Shown here: one piece after another, positions 28,530 to 39,208 of the stretch
Numbering within the stretch: the first letter of the stretch is position 1
Layout: each line of letters begins with the position of its first letter
Virus record (IMG/VR): IMGVR_UViG_3300049167_000064
Span: 1 to 63,696 of that record
From: a virus
Taxonomy: Duplodnaviria > Caudoviricetes
Length of the DNA: 63,696 nucleotides
Direction: 5' to 3' (one strand)
Made by a program: the position numbers and the translations under genes
Notes under the pieces: model-generated
Seen by the model: only the letters and a program-made list of their open reading frames with translations
What the model was told of the DNA's origin: nothing
Database searches by the model: none

Positions 28530-29126
28530 ATGGGGAACATCGGCATCATCGGGCGGGCGCGCGTCGGGAAGGACACTGCCGGCGCGTGGCTCGTGGACAA
28601 CCGCGGGTACCGGAGGGTGGCCTTCGCGGACCCGCTGAAGGAAGCGGCGCTGACGCTGGACCCGATCGTCGACGACGGAAACGTGGGGTACCGCTTCAGC
28701 GCAATGCGGCTGTCCGAAGCCGTTGGTGGATATGGGTGGGAAGCTGCCAAGGATCAACTCCCCGAAGTCCGCCGCGTCCTCCAGGAGCTGGGCGCTTCCA
28801 TCCGCGCCATCGACCCTGAGTTCTGGCTCCGCGCAGCGCTGAAGCGGGTGACGGAGGCGAACGAGGCCGGCGTCCCAGCTGTCATCACCGACGTCCGCTA
28901 CCCCAACGAGGCGGAGAGCCTCCGTCGCGCCGGCTTCCACCTCCTCTACATCCATCGGCCCGGCGTCCCGCACCTGGACCACGAGTCCGAAGGCGCTCTG
29001 ACGGATGAGGACGCAGACCACCTGATCATCAACAACGGCAGCCTGGCCGACCTGCAGCGCGAGACGTGGCTCTTCGCGGACCGCGTGGAGCGCCTGGAGT
29101 CCCGCCGTCACTTCGCCCGCCTCTAA
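28530..29126 (+). CDS. Deoxynucleoside monophosphate kinase
   Basis: GRARVGKDT P-loop, FADPLKE, VITDVRYPNE, HESE, IINNG. Confidence 0.9.
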   Translation: MGNIGIIGRARVGKDTAGAWLVDNRGYRRVAFADPLKEAALTLDPIVDDGNVGYRFSAMRLSEAVGGYGWEAAKDQLPEVRRVLQELGASIRAIDPEFWLRAALKRVTEANEAGVPAVITDVRYPNEAESLRRAGFHLLYIHRPGVPHLDHESEGALTDEDADHLIINNGSLADLQRETWLFADRVERLESRRHFARL

Positions 29127-29138
29127 CGAAAGGCACTC

Positions 29139-29387
29139 ATGAATCGCATCCTTCCCTACCTGAACGATCTCTCCCTCCGCGCTTACGTTTGGCTGCAGAT
29201 CTTCGCCGCGCAGGAGCCGGTACGCCTCCGAGCGTCGCTCCTGTCGGCCGTCGCAGCCGTCGGCTTCCTCGTCCCCGCCGTCGCACAGGCTGACATCACT
29301 GACAGCCTCGTCGGTGTCGCGGTTGTCGCACTCCCGTTGCTCGTGGGGGAGTCGACGAGGAAGAAGGTCACGCCGTCAGGCGACTGA
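29139..29387 (+). CDS. Holin-like protein
   Basis: EPV motif, two TM segments, RKKVTP C-terminus. Confidence 0.7.
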   Translation: MNRILPYLNDLSLRAYVWLQIFAAQEPVRLRASLLSAVAAVGFLVPAVAQADITDSLVGVAVVALPLLVGESTRKKVTPSGD

Positions 29388-29395
29388 CCTCACAG

Positions 29396-29431
29396 AGCCC
29401 CCGCCCTCCATGTGAGGTCGGGGGCTTTTTT
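29396..29431 (+). terminator. Rho-independent terminator
   Basis: AGCCCCCG...CGGGGGCT followed by TTTTT. Confidence 0.75.
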
Positions 29432-29542
29432 CATGCCCTGAACCCGGAAGCGGAAGTTCCGCCACAGGTGTAGACCGCATGTATCGTCCGCAACTCTTAA
29501 GAGACCCTTAGCTCTGGGTAAAGGTTTCCCCGCGGTCGACGT

Positions 29543-29581
29543 TAGCCCCTCAGCCTGTGACCAGGGCTGAGGGGCTATTTT
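29543..29581 (+). terminator. Second hairpin terminator
   Basis: TAGCCCCTCAGCC...GGCTGAGGGGCTA followed by TTTT. Confidence 0.7.
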
Positions 29582-29593
29582 GCGTTCTGAGCT

Positions 29594-29647
29594 CCGTCAG
29601 TCGACTAGCGGTGCGCGTTGTGGTGGCCGACATACCCGGAGTAGATT
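29594..29647 (+). promoter_or_regulatory. Palindrome plus class A-like promoter for a leaderless transcript
   Basis: CCGTCAGTCGACTAGCGG, then TTGTGG-N18-TAGATT, ATG 6 nt downstream. Confidence 0.6.
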
Positions 29648-29653
29648 CGGGAC

Positions 29654-30283
29654 ATGCCGACCTCTCCCGGCCCACTTCTTCAAGCTCTTGATGTCCTGTG
29701 GGCCCGACTACGGATCGCGATCCCCGACCTTCCGAAGGTCCGAATTGCGGTAGCACCTACACCGTCACCCTCCAACCATGGCCCTGAGCGATGGATCGAA
29801 GAGGAGGGCGGCCTCGTGTCCGGCCTCGTAGTGACAGCTTCCACCCTTGACGAGGGGGAGGAAGCCGTCCTCGAGTGCATCCTGCACGAGGCGGCCCATC
29901 TACTCAATTGGGCACGTGGTCTGAAAGACACGACCATGCGTGGCGGGTACCACAACGCCCAGTACCTGGCAGCCGCCGAAGAGGTGGGTCTGACGTGGCC
30001 CGACGACAAGCCGCGTCAGCCCAGCAGAGGCTATGCCGCCGTGGAGCTCACCGACGAGGCTCGAAACCGCTACGCCGGAGACCTGTCCGCGCTGGCGGAA
30101 GCTATCCCGCAGGTACTGCCACATCTCCAGGTCCCCGAAGCCCCAAAGTCCAAGCAGCCGGACAGGCTGACGCTACGGTGCCAGTGCACTCCGAAGCCGC
30201 GGAGCATCAGGGTGGCCCAAACCGTCGCCGCACAGGGACAGATCATCTGTGGTGTGTGCCGGGCAGACTTCGAAGTGGTCTAG
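29654..30283 (+). CDS. SprT-like zinc metalloprotease with C-terminal zinc ribbon
   Basis: ILHEAAH, YHN..Y...AEEVGL, CxC...ICGVC. Confidence 0.8.
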   Translation: MPTSPGPLLQALDVLWARLRIAIPDLPKVRIAVAPTPSPSNHGPERWIEEEGGLVSGLVVTASTLDEGEEAVLECILHEAAHLLNWARGLKDTTMRGGYHNAQYLAAAEEVGLTWPDDKPRQPSRGYAAVELTDEARNRYAGDLSALAEAIPQVLPHLQVPEAPKSKQPDRLTLRCQCTPKPRSIRVAQTVAAQGQIICGVCRADFEVV

Positions 30284-30369
30284 GGCAAGATCGGTTGGGG
30301 TAGGCTATCGACGGAGTAAGTGTCTAGCGGTAGCCTACCCACGCCAACCAACGTCAGTGAGAGGTCTCA

Positions 30370-31113
30370 ATGGGACGAGAGATGAGCCGGCTGAGCGGCG
30401 GAGCCCCTGTGCCCGTCGACCCGGAAACGCTCCCTTCCCTCGAGCCGGACGAACTGTCGTCGGAGACTACGGCGGAGCTAGTCGCCCGTGGTGCTGCATA
30501 CGCTCGTGAGTACGCACGCGTAGAACATCAGCCGACGATCCTCCTGAAGAACATTGCGGCCGTCGTCGTGGCTATCCGGCGCAAGCATGACGACATGCTT
30601 GGCAAGAGCCATGACTACCGGCAGGAGGTAGCGGGGATGTACCGATCCGCCAACATCCCGCCGGACTCCGCGGACCGTATTCAAAAGGCTGTCCGTTGGC
30701 ATGTGGGCAACCTCCTCCGGCAAACGCTGACGCCGCGAGAGCTGAAGAGGCTCGAGCTCCTGCCGACGTCGCCCCTCGAGCGCCTTCAGGACAGCCGCGC
30801 AACGAACGCCGCCATCATCAGGGCTGCCAACGTCTCCGCAGACGTCAGCGCCTCCACGCCGGCGAAGAAGGCAAAGGGGAAGGGCGCACAGGTAGCCATC
30901 CCGGAGCCCGCCGGAGCACCGGTCAAGGCCACGGCTGACCACCTGCGGCTGGCCCACGTAGCGGCGAACATTTTGGGACAGCTCGACACAACCGTCATCA
31001 ACGAGCACATGACGGACGGCCAGCGAGCCAAACTTGACGACGAACTGGCGGCCCTGCAGAAGCGCATCACCGCGCTACGTCGGCACACCCGTAAGCCCAG
31101 CTCAAAGGCATGA
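30370..31113 (+). CDS. Hypothetical protein, candidate immunity repressor
   Basis: Helical basic protein between late genes and the exonuclease; function inferred from position only. Confidence 0.45.
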   Translation: MGREMSRLSGGAPVPVDPETLPSLEPDELSSETTAELVARGAAYAREYARVEHQPTILLKNIAAVVVAIRRKHDDMLGKSHDYRQEVAGMYRSANIPPDSADRIQKAVRWHVGNLLRQTLTPRELKRLELLPTSPLERLQDSRATNAAIIRAANVSADVSASTPAKKAKGKGAQVAIPEPAGAPVKATADHLRLAHVAANILGQLDTTVINEHMTDGQRAKLDDELAALQKRITALRRHTRKPSSKA

Positions 31114-31151
31114 TCGGCGCCCCCTGACGTCGGTCCGGCGCCTCCTCCCAC

Positions 31152-31232
31152 GGTCAAACGGTCAAACTAGACCCCTATTTTCAATACTTCCTAACGCGTG
31201 TTAAGGAGTTTTGAAAATAGGGGTCTATTTTG
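31152..31232. repeat. Long AT-rich imperfect inverted repeat, copy 2
   Basis: GGTCAAACGGTCAAACTAGACCCCTATTTTCAA...TTGAAAATAGGGGTCTA. Confidence 0.85.
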
Positions 31233-31280
31233 CATTTCGGCTCCAGTCTGGCCGCGCGGGGAGGACGCGGAAAGATCTTG

Positions 31281-31327
31281 AAAGTCGCGCGTCACATCCG
31301 ACCGCCAGCACCCCATAACTAAGGCGT
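31281..31327 (+). promoter_or_regulatory. Class B phage promoter motif
   Basis: AAAGTCGCGCGTCACA-N10-AGCACCCCATAACTAAGGCGT. Confidence 0.75.
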
Positions 31328-31355
31328 CAGAGCAAGCGCCTAGCGTGGAGGCCGA

Positions 31356-32159
31356 ATGGCCGGAGTGAGCACGATCAAGCGCGGGGGATCCCGCTTCTAC
31401 ATCGACCCGGACGACGCACACATCAAGGTCCCTGGCGTCACGAGCGTCGTCGGCATGCTGCCGAAGGACTTCCTGACCTACTGGGCTGCGAAGGAGTCGG
31501 CAGAGGCCGCCGTCAACAACTGGGACATCGTCTCCCAGCTCTGCCAGCGCGACCCTGCCGGCGCAGTGGACTACCTGAAGGGCGCACACCGACGGAAGTC
31601 GAAGGCTGCGTCCGATCTGGGATCCGCGGCGCACGACCTCTTCGAGCGCCTGGCGCGGGGGGAGGAGGTCCGGGACCGACACGTTCACATCGACGTGAAG
31701 CCGCACGTGCGGTACTTCCGTGAGTTCCTCGAGGAAATACAGCCGCAGTTTCTGCACCTGGAAGAGACGGTCTGGAGCGACACCTACCAGTACGCAGGCA
31801 GCTTCGACGCTATCGCCGTCATCGACGGGGAGACCGTCGTCCTGGACTGGAAGACGTCGAAGGCCGTCTACGACTCCGTGGCGTTGCAGCTGAGCGCCTA
31901 CCGCTACGCGGACCGGATCATCAGGGCGTCCGACGGTGAGTCCGTCGCCGTTCCGGAGATGGCCGGCGGAGCGGTTCTCCACGTGCGGCCGGAGGGCTGG
32001 AGCTTCGTCCCCGTGGAGTGCGGCCCGCGGGTTTTCGACGCCTTCAAGGCTCTGCGCCAGGTCTTCGACTGGGAGGCCGACGGTAAGAAGAAGGTTGTCG
32101 GGAAGCCCATCGCATCCGGCGGAGAGGTGCAGACAGGTACGCAGAGGAGGGCGGCATGA
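31356..32159 (+). CDS. PD-(D/E)xK (Cas4-like) exonuclease
   Basis: VPGVTSV, LGSAAH, YAGSFD...LDWKTS, QLSAY. Confidence 0.88.
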   Translation: MAGVSTIKRGGSRFYIDPDDAHIKVPGVTSVVGMLPKDFLTYWAAKESAEAAVNNWDIVSQLCQRDPAGAVDYLKGAHRRKSKAASDLGSAAHDLFERLARGEEVRDRHVHIDVKPHVRYFREFLEEIQPQFLHLEETVWSDTYQYAGSFDAIAVIDGETVVLDWKTSKAVYDSVALQLSAYRYADRIIRASDGESVAVPEMAGGAVLHVRPEGWSFVPVECGPRVFDAFKALRQVFDWEADGKKKVVGKPIASGGEVQTGTQRRAA

Positions 32160-32839
32160 GATTTGAGATCAAGCACGAGGCCAACGAGACGGTTGACCTG
32201 GCGCTAGACGGAGTCTCGCTCCTGGGTGTGACCAGTGGTGGTCCGGAAGACGTGCGTGACTGTGTGATCGTCGGAATGACGCGTGCCGGCTATGACTCCC
32301 TGGCGACAGCGATGACCATGGAGCGAACGCGGGAGCTGATAACGGCCCTGGAGGACGAGCGAAAGAAGTCGGAGAGGCTCGACCTGGAACGGCACCACTT
32401 CAAGCGCTCCACGGACGACGCGCTCGAGCAGATCAAGCGTCTCTCCGACGAGCGTGACGAGGCCGTTGCGGTTCGGGAAGGGGTACGAGACCTCCTCCGA
32501 CGTGAGAAGGAGCGCGCGGACGCCGCCATCGAGCGGGAGAGCGTGGCGGAAGAGGCATACGACGAGCTGGCCGAAGAAGTCGCCTCCCTGCGCTTGCAAC
32601 TGGCCGTCTACAAGCTCCATGACACCGTGAAGCCGCTAGCTCCTGAGCCTGTGCAGCGTCCCGGATGGCCGTTCATCATCCACGCCGAGCCGCCTGACTG
32701 GACGGACACCGACATGGCTACGGCCGACGCCATCGAACACACCGGCGCCACGGCAGCCGGATCCCTCGTCGACGACCTGAAGAACACCATCGTCAACCAG
32801 GCGCGGGAGATCGCGCGACTGAAGGGGGAGAGCGCATGA
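32156..32839 (+). CDS. Coiled-coil hypothetical protein
   Basis: ATGA coupling. Confidence 0.7.
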   Translation: MRFEIKHEANETVDLALDGVSLLGVTSGGPEDVRDCVIVGMTRAGYDSLATAMTMERTRELITALEDERKKSERLDLERHHFKRSTDDALEQIKRLSDERDEAVAVREGVRDLLRREKERADAAIERESVAEEAYDELAEEVASLRLQLAVYKLHDTVKPLAPEPVQRPGWPFIIHAEPPDWTDTDMATADAIEHTGATAAGSLVDDLKNTIVNQAREIARLKGESA

Positions 32840-33099
32840 CGGACGACCACCCGCGCACGGCCGCGGAGTTCCGCACGCAGGCGAAGGAGCGGGAGCGCAA
32901 GGAAGCCTTCGAGAAGCGGGCCGCCAACTTCACGGCGAACCTGGTTCTCCTGCCGCTCCTGGCCTACGTTTTCATGCTTGCTGTCGGTGCCGTCCACGGC
33001 TTTGCGCCGGCCGTGCCCGCCCTCGGCTACGGAACGACGCTGCTTCTCGTCTTGGGCGCTGACGCCCTGGCCATGGTGACGAAGAAGTTCCGCAAGTAG
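32836..33099 (+). CDS. Small membrane protein
   Basis: Two TM segments; ATGA coupling. Confidence 0.7.
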   Translation: MTDDHPRTAAEFRTQAKERERKEAFEKRAANFTANLVLLPLLAYVFMLAVGAVHGFAPAVPALGYGTTLLLVLGADALAMVTKKFRK

Positions 33100-33166
33100 C
33101 ACAAGGCACACACGCAGAGCGGGGCGTCTTCGGGCGCCCCGCTTCGACGTACACGGAGGAGAGAGC

Positions 33167-33919
33167 ATGACGGACATTGCAGTCGGTACCCGGGTGCGGA
33201 GGACCCCGACAGGTGCTATTGGCGTCGTGGTGGGCGGGCCGTTTCAGGGCTATGAGGACCCTTACGTCATCGTCCGCCGCGACGACGACGGAAAGGAGGT
33301 GGCGCTTCCGGTTGATTGCCTGACCGTGGAGCCGGGCGTCCCGGAGTTCGTGGAGTGGCCGAAGACGCCGCGCCTCTTCCGGGACATCGTGATCACGGAG
33401 AAGATCGACGGCACGAACGCGGCCATCCACGTCAGCCCTGACGGCCAGGTGGCCGCTCAGTCGCGGAAGCGGCTGATCACCCCGGAGAGCGACAACTACG
33501 GCTTTGCGCGGTGGGTCCACGACAATGCCGCGGACCTGGCCTACATCCTGGGCCCCGGCCTCCACTTCGGTGAGTGGTGGGGGCAGGGGATCCAGCGTCG
33601 GTACGGCATGGAGACGAAGCGGTTCAGCGTCTTCAACACCGCGCGATGGCTTGCGCTGGACGACGACCTCTCGTCCATGTTCCTTCGGGCCGACAGTGCC
33701 GGCATGGCTGAGCAGATCGACGCGGTTCCGGAGCTGTACTCCGGGACGTTCGACGAGGCGTGGATCCGTCGGTGCCTGCGCGAGCTCTCAGAGCGGGGAT
33801 CCGTCGCGGCCCCCGGCTTCATGAACCCCGAAGGTATCTGCGTCTACCACACGCAGACCCGATCCGTCTTCAAGGTCACGCTCGACAACTACGACGCCGG
33901 GAAGTGGGAGGCGGTCTGA
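33167..33919 (+). CDS. ATP-dependent RNA ligase (Rnl2-like)
   Basis: ITEKIDGTN, QSR, FGEWWG.GIQ, PEG motifs. Confidence 0.85.
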   Translation: MTDIAVGTRVRRTPTGAIGVVVGGPFQGYEDPYVIVRRDDDGKEVALPVDCLTVEPGVPEFVEWPKTPRLFRDIVITEKIDGTNAAIHVSPDGQVAAQSRKRLITPESDNYGFARWVHDNAADLAYILGPGLHFGEWWGQGIQRRYGMETKRFSVFNTARWLALDDDLSSMFLRADSAGMAEQIDAVPELYSGTFDEAWIRRCLRELSERGSVAAPGFMNPEGICVYHTQTRSVFKVTLDNYDAGKWEAV

Positions 33920-36900
33920 TGCCGACGGAAGAGGAGATGCGAAGCCCCGACTTTTGCTGGACTCACGGTTGCCACCGGAGCCAGTGCCCGACGCCGCACT
34001 GAGGAGAGCGACATGAGCAGCATCGACGTAGACAGCCTCGTGAACGACTGGCTGATCAGTAAGTGGCTGGAGAGCAGTGCCAACGAGTACGACCACCGGG
34101 AGTACACCCGGTACGACGCTGCCGTCCATGGGCCTGTGTCGGAGCTGCGGGTCGTCACCGCTGACGCCGACTGGGACTGTGGCTGCTACTCCAGCTGGAC
34201 CCGTGGTGACGACTTCGTGATGACTGCAGAGATCCAGACTGCTGCCGGCGTCGTCGACTTCGAGTATGGCCGTTGGGCCGACTTCCCCTCCTTCATCGAA
34301 GAGTTGGATGCCTACCGCAACAACAGCGTCTGCCCCTACGAGCGCAGCGAGGGGGACGACGCATGACGCTCGAAGAGCACGCAGCTGCCATCGAAGCTGC
34401 GATACAGGCAGCCGCGGACGACGGCTTCTACCTGGACGACACCGAATGTGAAACCCCTGACCTGGATCTGAACGACTGGCGCGACGGCTACACAGCCAGC
34501 GTCCGAATCGACGTTCCTGAGCACCGCTAGTCGACTAGCGGACCACTAGACCCACGCACTACCTAGCCCCCGGTTGCTTCGGCGCCGGGGGCTGAGTGCG
34601 TGTAACCACCTAGCAGAGGAGTCGCCATGATCCACGGCGGAACGACCATCCACACTGCCGACGGCTCGTCGGTCACCATCACGGCCCGCGGCATCGAGTT
34701 CGACCTTCAGACCCGCAACGCCCGCGGGGAGACGATCTCCACCGTCGTCATGAACGCCGACGACGTGGCGGCCCTCCTGGCGGAGTTGGAGGAGCACGTC
34801 GACAGCGACGGCTACGACCAGGGCTACCAGGACGGCTACCGCGACGGTCAGGAGGCGGCGTGAGCGCGCGGAGCGTCCTGGAGTTCGTCCTCCTGAAGTA
34901 CTTCAGCGGGACAGAGAACGTGACGCCGGAGACCGCCGGCGAGCTGGAGCGGCTTCAGGCGAACGGTTTGATCGACAGCTTCGCCCACGAGTTGGCGGAG
35001 AAGATCCGGCGTGACGAGGCGGAACACTGCGCCTACGAAGGGCCCGACGGCCACGCGATGTTTCACCACGTCCTGAACCTTATTGACCCGGAGGTGACCA
35101 CATGAGCGACCACACCGCGTGGTGCATGACCGAAGAGGGCGGGGCCTGTAGCTGCGACTACGAGCCGGCTCCGCGCGACGTCATCACCGGCTACCCGGGT
35201 CACTTCATCCTGAACGGCGACACCTCGTGGTGCCCGTGCCGTGAGCACCGCACAGAGGGCGCCAGGGAGGCGCTGGAGCGCACGGCACTGACGGTGGGCA
35301 GTCCTGAGTACAGCACGTGGTTCAGGCTCCTCCTGGACGCGTACAGGGACGACGTGGCCCACGAGCTGGCGGAGAAGATCCGCAACCACGAGTGGGACGA
35401 ATGCGGCTACGGGGACACCAACTGTCCCTGCGACGCAGCCGCCCTGATTGATCCGGAGGTCCCCTGATGGCCCGCTTTGAACTCGACGAACCATCTCCCG
35501 AAGCGCAGGTGAACGAGCACCTCCTGAGCCGCTTCGATCTCTTCCGCGCGGCACACGCACTGTGTGACGGCCTGCCGTGGGGCGAAGCGTTCAGCGTCTA
35601 TGACGTGCTTCAGGTGGCGCGGTTCCTGGAGGCGGGGGAGGACGAGTGATCCGGCGCTCGAAGGCACTGGACTACAGCCACAAGGGCCGCGGACCGATTC
35701 GCGCCCGCATCGTCAAGCGCATTACAAAGCGACGTGAAGAGCGTCGCTGGGTCCGTGAAGCACAGGAGGACAACTGATGGCACAGATCAAGAGCGCAGGG
35801 ATCGTAGTTGTGGAGCTCTCGCTACCGGAGCTGGAGCTCGTTCGGCGGGCACTGAAGCTCGTCGACGACTTCGGGGTGGGTGACGACTGGGAGCCCGCAC
35901 GGGAGCTCCTGGCCGACCTTTCGGAGGTGCGCGGATGAAGGACTTCAACAAGGTCACCGTCACGCTCTCCTTCGCCCCGGACAAGTGGGTGGGGCTGGAG
36001 GCATGGCGCGACGACGTGGCGCTCCTGCGCAAGCTCCTGGAGCGCATGGGCATGAACGACGGCCGGCGCTCCATGATGCTGGCCTACGAGGACGTCAGCG
36101 TCGACGAGCTGGAGGGGTGGGGCGTATGAGCATGGCCCAACTCGTCGCGGCCGGCGCTCCGGAGCTGCCGGAGGGCTACTTCTACCGGGTGCGTCCGTTC
36201 ATGCGCTCAGGGCTGCGCGTGGAGATCCGGAGGCGCCAACTCGTGGGCTCCGTGGCTGAGGAGTTCGGACTTACCTGGCCGTCGGAGCACTACGACGACG
36301 GGCTCCGGTTGATCGTCAACGCGTGCTGCCGCGTGCACCGCAAGTGGCTCGACCGGGAGGCGGATGCCGGTCTCCTGCGCGACGCGAAGACCTTCGTCGG
36401 AGACCACGACCCGCGCGGAGGTGCGTGACATGTTCGGTATGGGCAACCCTCCGACGCCGGAGGAGATCAAACAGCAACTGGCCGTAGGCATGCTCGACTT
36501 GACCGGCATGCTCGAGCCCATCTACGACGCGGCTGACGGCATGCGGCGTGACCTGGAGTCGCGCGGGTGGTCACCGACCATGGCGGAGAAGGCTGCCGGA
36601 ACGTGGCTGTGCTCCGCGCTGGCGTCGATCATGGGCGGTGGCAAGTGAGCACCGCAACGGACGCACGCGGCGTGGACATCGTGGAGGGGGCGTCGTGTAT
36701 CTACGGCGCCCCCGTGGGCCGCTCCATCGCTCTCGTAGAGGGCGTCGTCGACGGCTTCACTGCCTCCGGCCGCGTGTGGGTACGGATTGTCCGTCGTGCC
36801 TACGGCGGGGGCTGGAGTGACTCGAAGGATCGCGTCCACGTCGGACCCGACCGCCTCGTCATCGTCGACGCGCTGCCGGCGTGCGACCTGCCGACGGACG

Positions 36901-37860
36901 CGGAGAAGGCAGTGGAGCGCCGGAAGGACTCCATCGCGCGATTCCGGGAACGCCGCGACGAGCTGGAGGCCGGTGCGGAGTCGCGCGGGAGCTGGGACAC
37001 GGTGGAGTACCTGACTGAGCGCCTGGCAGACCTGGAGGCGAAGTGTCCGTAAGCAACCCTCGTCGCATCACCCTGGCCGACGCCGTCCGCCTGGAGTTCG
37101 AGCGCACCCACCCGAACGGGAAGAACACGCTCCTGTGCGTCGGCCTGTGCCGGCGCCGGAAGGACCGGGAGGACTTCCGCGAGACGCCGTGGCACGGTCG
37201 CGCAGCCAGCTGTAAGAGCTGCGAAACGTTCCCCGGACCTGCGGGGCGGACGCTGTGGCAGCTCGAGTACAACGAGCGACGGGAGTGGGAGCTCGAGCAA
37301 GCGCGGGAGAAGCTGCGCGCGTGGAGGCGATACGCGCATCATCTTCGCTTCCAGCTCCTCATTGCCCGCGTACCGAAGACGGCCGACGTCGTCCGGGAGG
37401 AGGAGGCGCCGTACGTCGCAGCCGTGGAGCGCCGGATGCAGTCGTTCAGCGCAGCCCTGGCGCGGGCGTTGTTCGTCGTCGACGAGGTGGAGGAGAGATG
37501 ACCGTTCAGCTGATCCGACCCGCTCCGTATTTGACGTTTACCGTCGGCGGCTACGCGCACCGCGTGGACGTCGTGACGAAGGACATCGGCTGCACCATCG
37601 GCACTGAGCTCCGCTACGGCGGTGTTCTCGGGCTGGGCAACCGTAGCGCCCGCCTCGTCGCCTACCGGCCGGGGACGCGTTACTCCGACCGCGCGGAGGA
37701 GAGCGCCGTGGAGCACCTGACGGCCGCACTTGAGCGGGCACGTGTGTCCTCCCGGGTCGACGGCTCTGACGTGGAGCGTCTGGCGGAGTGCCTGATTGCC
37801 GTCGTCCAGGAGGACGGTTGCAGCCTGTGGGATCCCTACGCGGAGGAGGACGGATGGTGA
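33919..37860 (+). other. Array of ~15 small coupled hypothetical genes (33919-34002, 34013-34366, 34363-34530, 34627-34863, 34860-35105, 35102-35467, 35467-35649, 35646-35777, 35777-35938, 35935-36129, 36126-36428, 36430-36648, 36645-37052, 37043-37501, 37498-37860)
   Basis: Consecutive ATGA/GTGA/TGATG overlaps and GGAG RBSs. Confidence 0.7.
34524..34541. repeat. Dispersed palindrome overlapping a stop codon
   Basis: CCGCTAGTCGACTAGCGG. Confidence 0.85.
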
Positions 37861-38393
37861 CCCCACTTCCCGGAGACTTCTCCCTGACGAAGATCTCCGG
37901 CGTCACGGGCCGCCTCGTCGCTGCCGGCCAGGCGCTCGTGGGAGACGCTGCGCCAGTGCAACACGCTCTCGTTTACGTCGGGGACGGTCAGATCGTTCAG
38001 GCCATGCCTGGCGGGGCGGAACTGATCAGCCTGGCGGAGGCGAGCGAGCCCGTTGCGTGGTCGACAGGGCACTTCAAGATGACCGATCAGCAGCGGTTCA
38101 ATATCGCTATGGAGGCCCGGAGCCTCGTCGGCACCCCGTACAGCTTCCTGGATTACGCATCCATCGCACTCGCCCACTACCGCATCCGTCCCCGCTGGGT
38201 GCGCGACTTCGTGGCAGACACGGGCCACATGATCTGTTCCCAGCTCGTCGACGAGGTCTATCTCCGTGCGGGGATCCACCTCTTCGACGACGGCCGGCTC
38301 CCGGGCGATGTGACGCCGGGAGACCTGTGGAGGCTCCTGCACCCGAAGCGCGTGGCATCGACGGACCGTGATCTCTGGAGGCTGACGAAGTGA
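37854..38393 (+). CDS. Permuted papain-like amidase (YiiX/NlpC-P60 family)
   Basis: PGD, HALVYVG, VGTPYSF, ICSQLVD, VTPGDL. Confidence 0.8.
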   Translation: MVTPLPGDFSLTKISGVTGRLVAAGQALVGDAAPVQHALVYVGDGQIVQAMPGGAELISLAEASEPVAWSTGHFKMTDQQRFNIAMEARSLVGTPYSFLDYASIALAHYRIRPRWVRDFVADTGHMICSQLVDEVYLRAGIHLFDDGRLPGDVTPGDLWRLLHPKRVASTDRDLWRLTK

Positions 38394-39208
38394 CTGAGCG
38401 GAGCCGCGACGAGCGGATAGAGGACTACTACCACCAAAGCGCGTGGGACCTGGCGGAGCGCATCGTCGACCTGGAGGACGAGCTAGGGGAGGAGAAGGAC
38501 GGCATCTGTACCGGCGTGCACGCTGACGTAGCGGAAGCTCGAGCAGAAATTGAGCGGCTGCGAACACTGCTGACCCACGAGTCGGAGCGCGCAGACATCA
38601 ACTGCGACGTGGCGACCGGGTGGGGCCAGTTGGCGGAGCGTCGTCGTCTCGCGTGGCTCTCCGCCCGCCGGCGTGCCGCGGACGAAGCAAATTTCGGTAT
38701 GGAGGCGCTGGAGCTCCTTCGGGCAGAGCTGGCGCAAGCGGAGGCTGAACACAAGGCGTTCGTAGCACAGCTGACGCCGATCATGGGCAAGCGCATGAAC
38801 GAGCTACGACGCGCTCACGCCTTCGTCGCGGAAGTCCAGGCCGTCCGCGGAGCGTGCATGGACGGCGACGCCTACCGCTCTCACCTGCGGCCAATCTACG
38901 ACGCGCTTCACGAGCTCGAAGCCGCGGAGCGGGAGGGCCGCCCTTACCGCGACCGGTGGACCCGTACCGGGCACGAGGCTCTGGCCGATCAGTGCCCGAC
39001 GTGCGACACCATCCCGACGTCCGTTCCGCAGCCGGCGCCGTGCACGTGCGACGACGAAGCTGCCACGGTGGCGTATTGGCGGGCGGAGCTCGAGCGCGCA
39101 CATCAGGACGAGGTCCGTCAGTCGACTAGCGGAGCTCCGCACCTGGAGTGTGTCGGCCCTGACGGCGAAGGCGGCACGGTGTGGCGCCTGGCAGGAGGTG
39201 AACTCTGA
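38390..39208 (+). CDS. Coiled-coil hypothetical protein
   Basis: GTGA coupling; RLAWLSARRRA. Confidence 0.7.
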   Translation: MTERSRDERIEDYYHQSAWDLAERIVDLEDELGEEKDGICTGVHADVAEARAEIERLRTLLTHESERADINCDVATGWGQLAERRRLAWLSARRRAADEANFGMEALELLRAELAQAEAEHKAFVAQLTPIMGKRMNELRRAHAFVAEVQAVRGACMDGDAYRSHLRPIYDALHELEAAEREGRPYRDRWTRTGHEALADQCPTCDTIPTSVPQPAPCTCDDEAATVAYWRAELERAHQDEVRQSTSGAPHLECVGPDGEGGTVWRLAGGEL

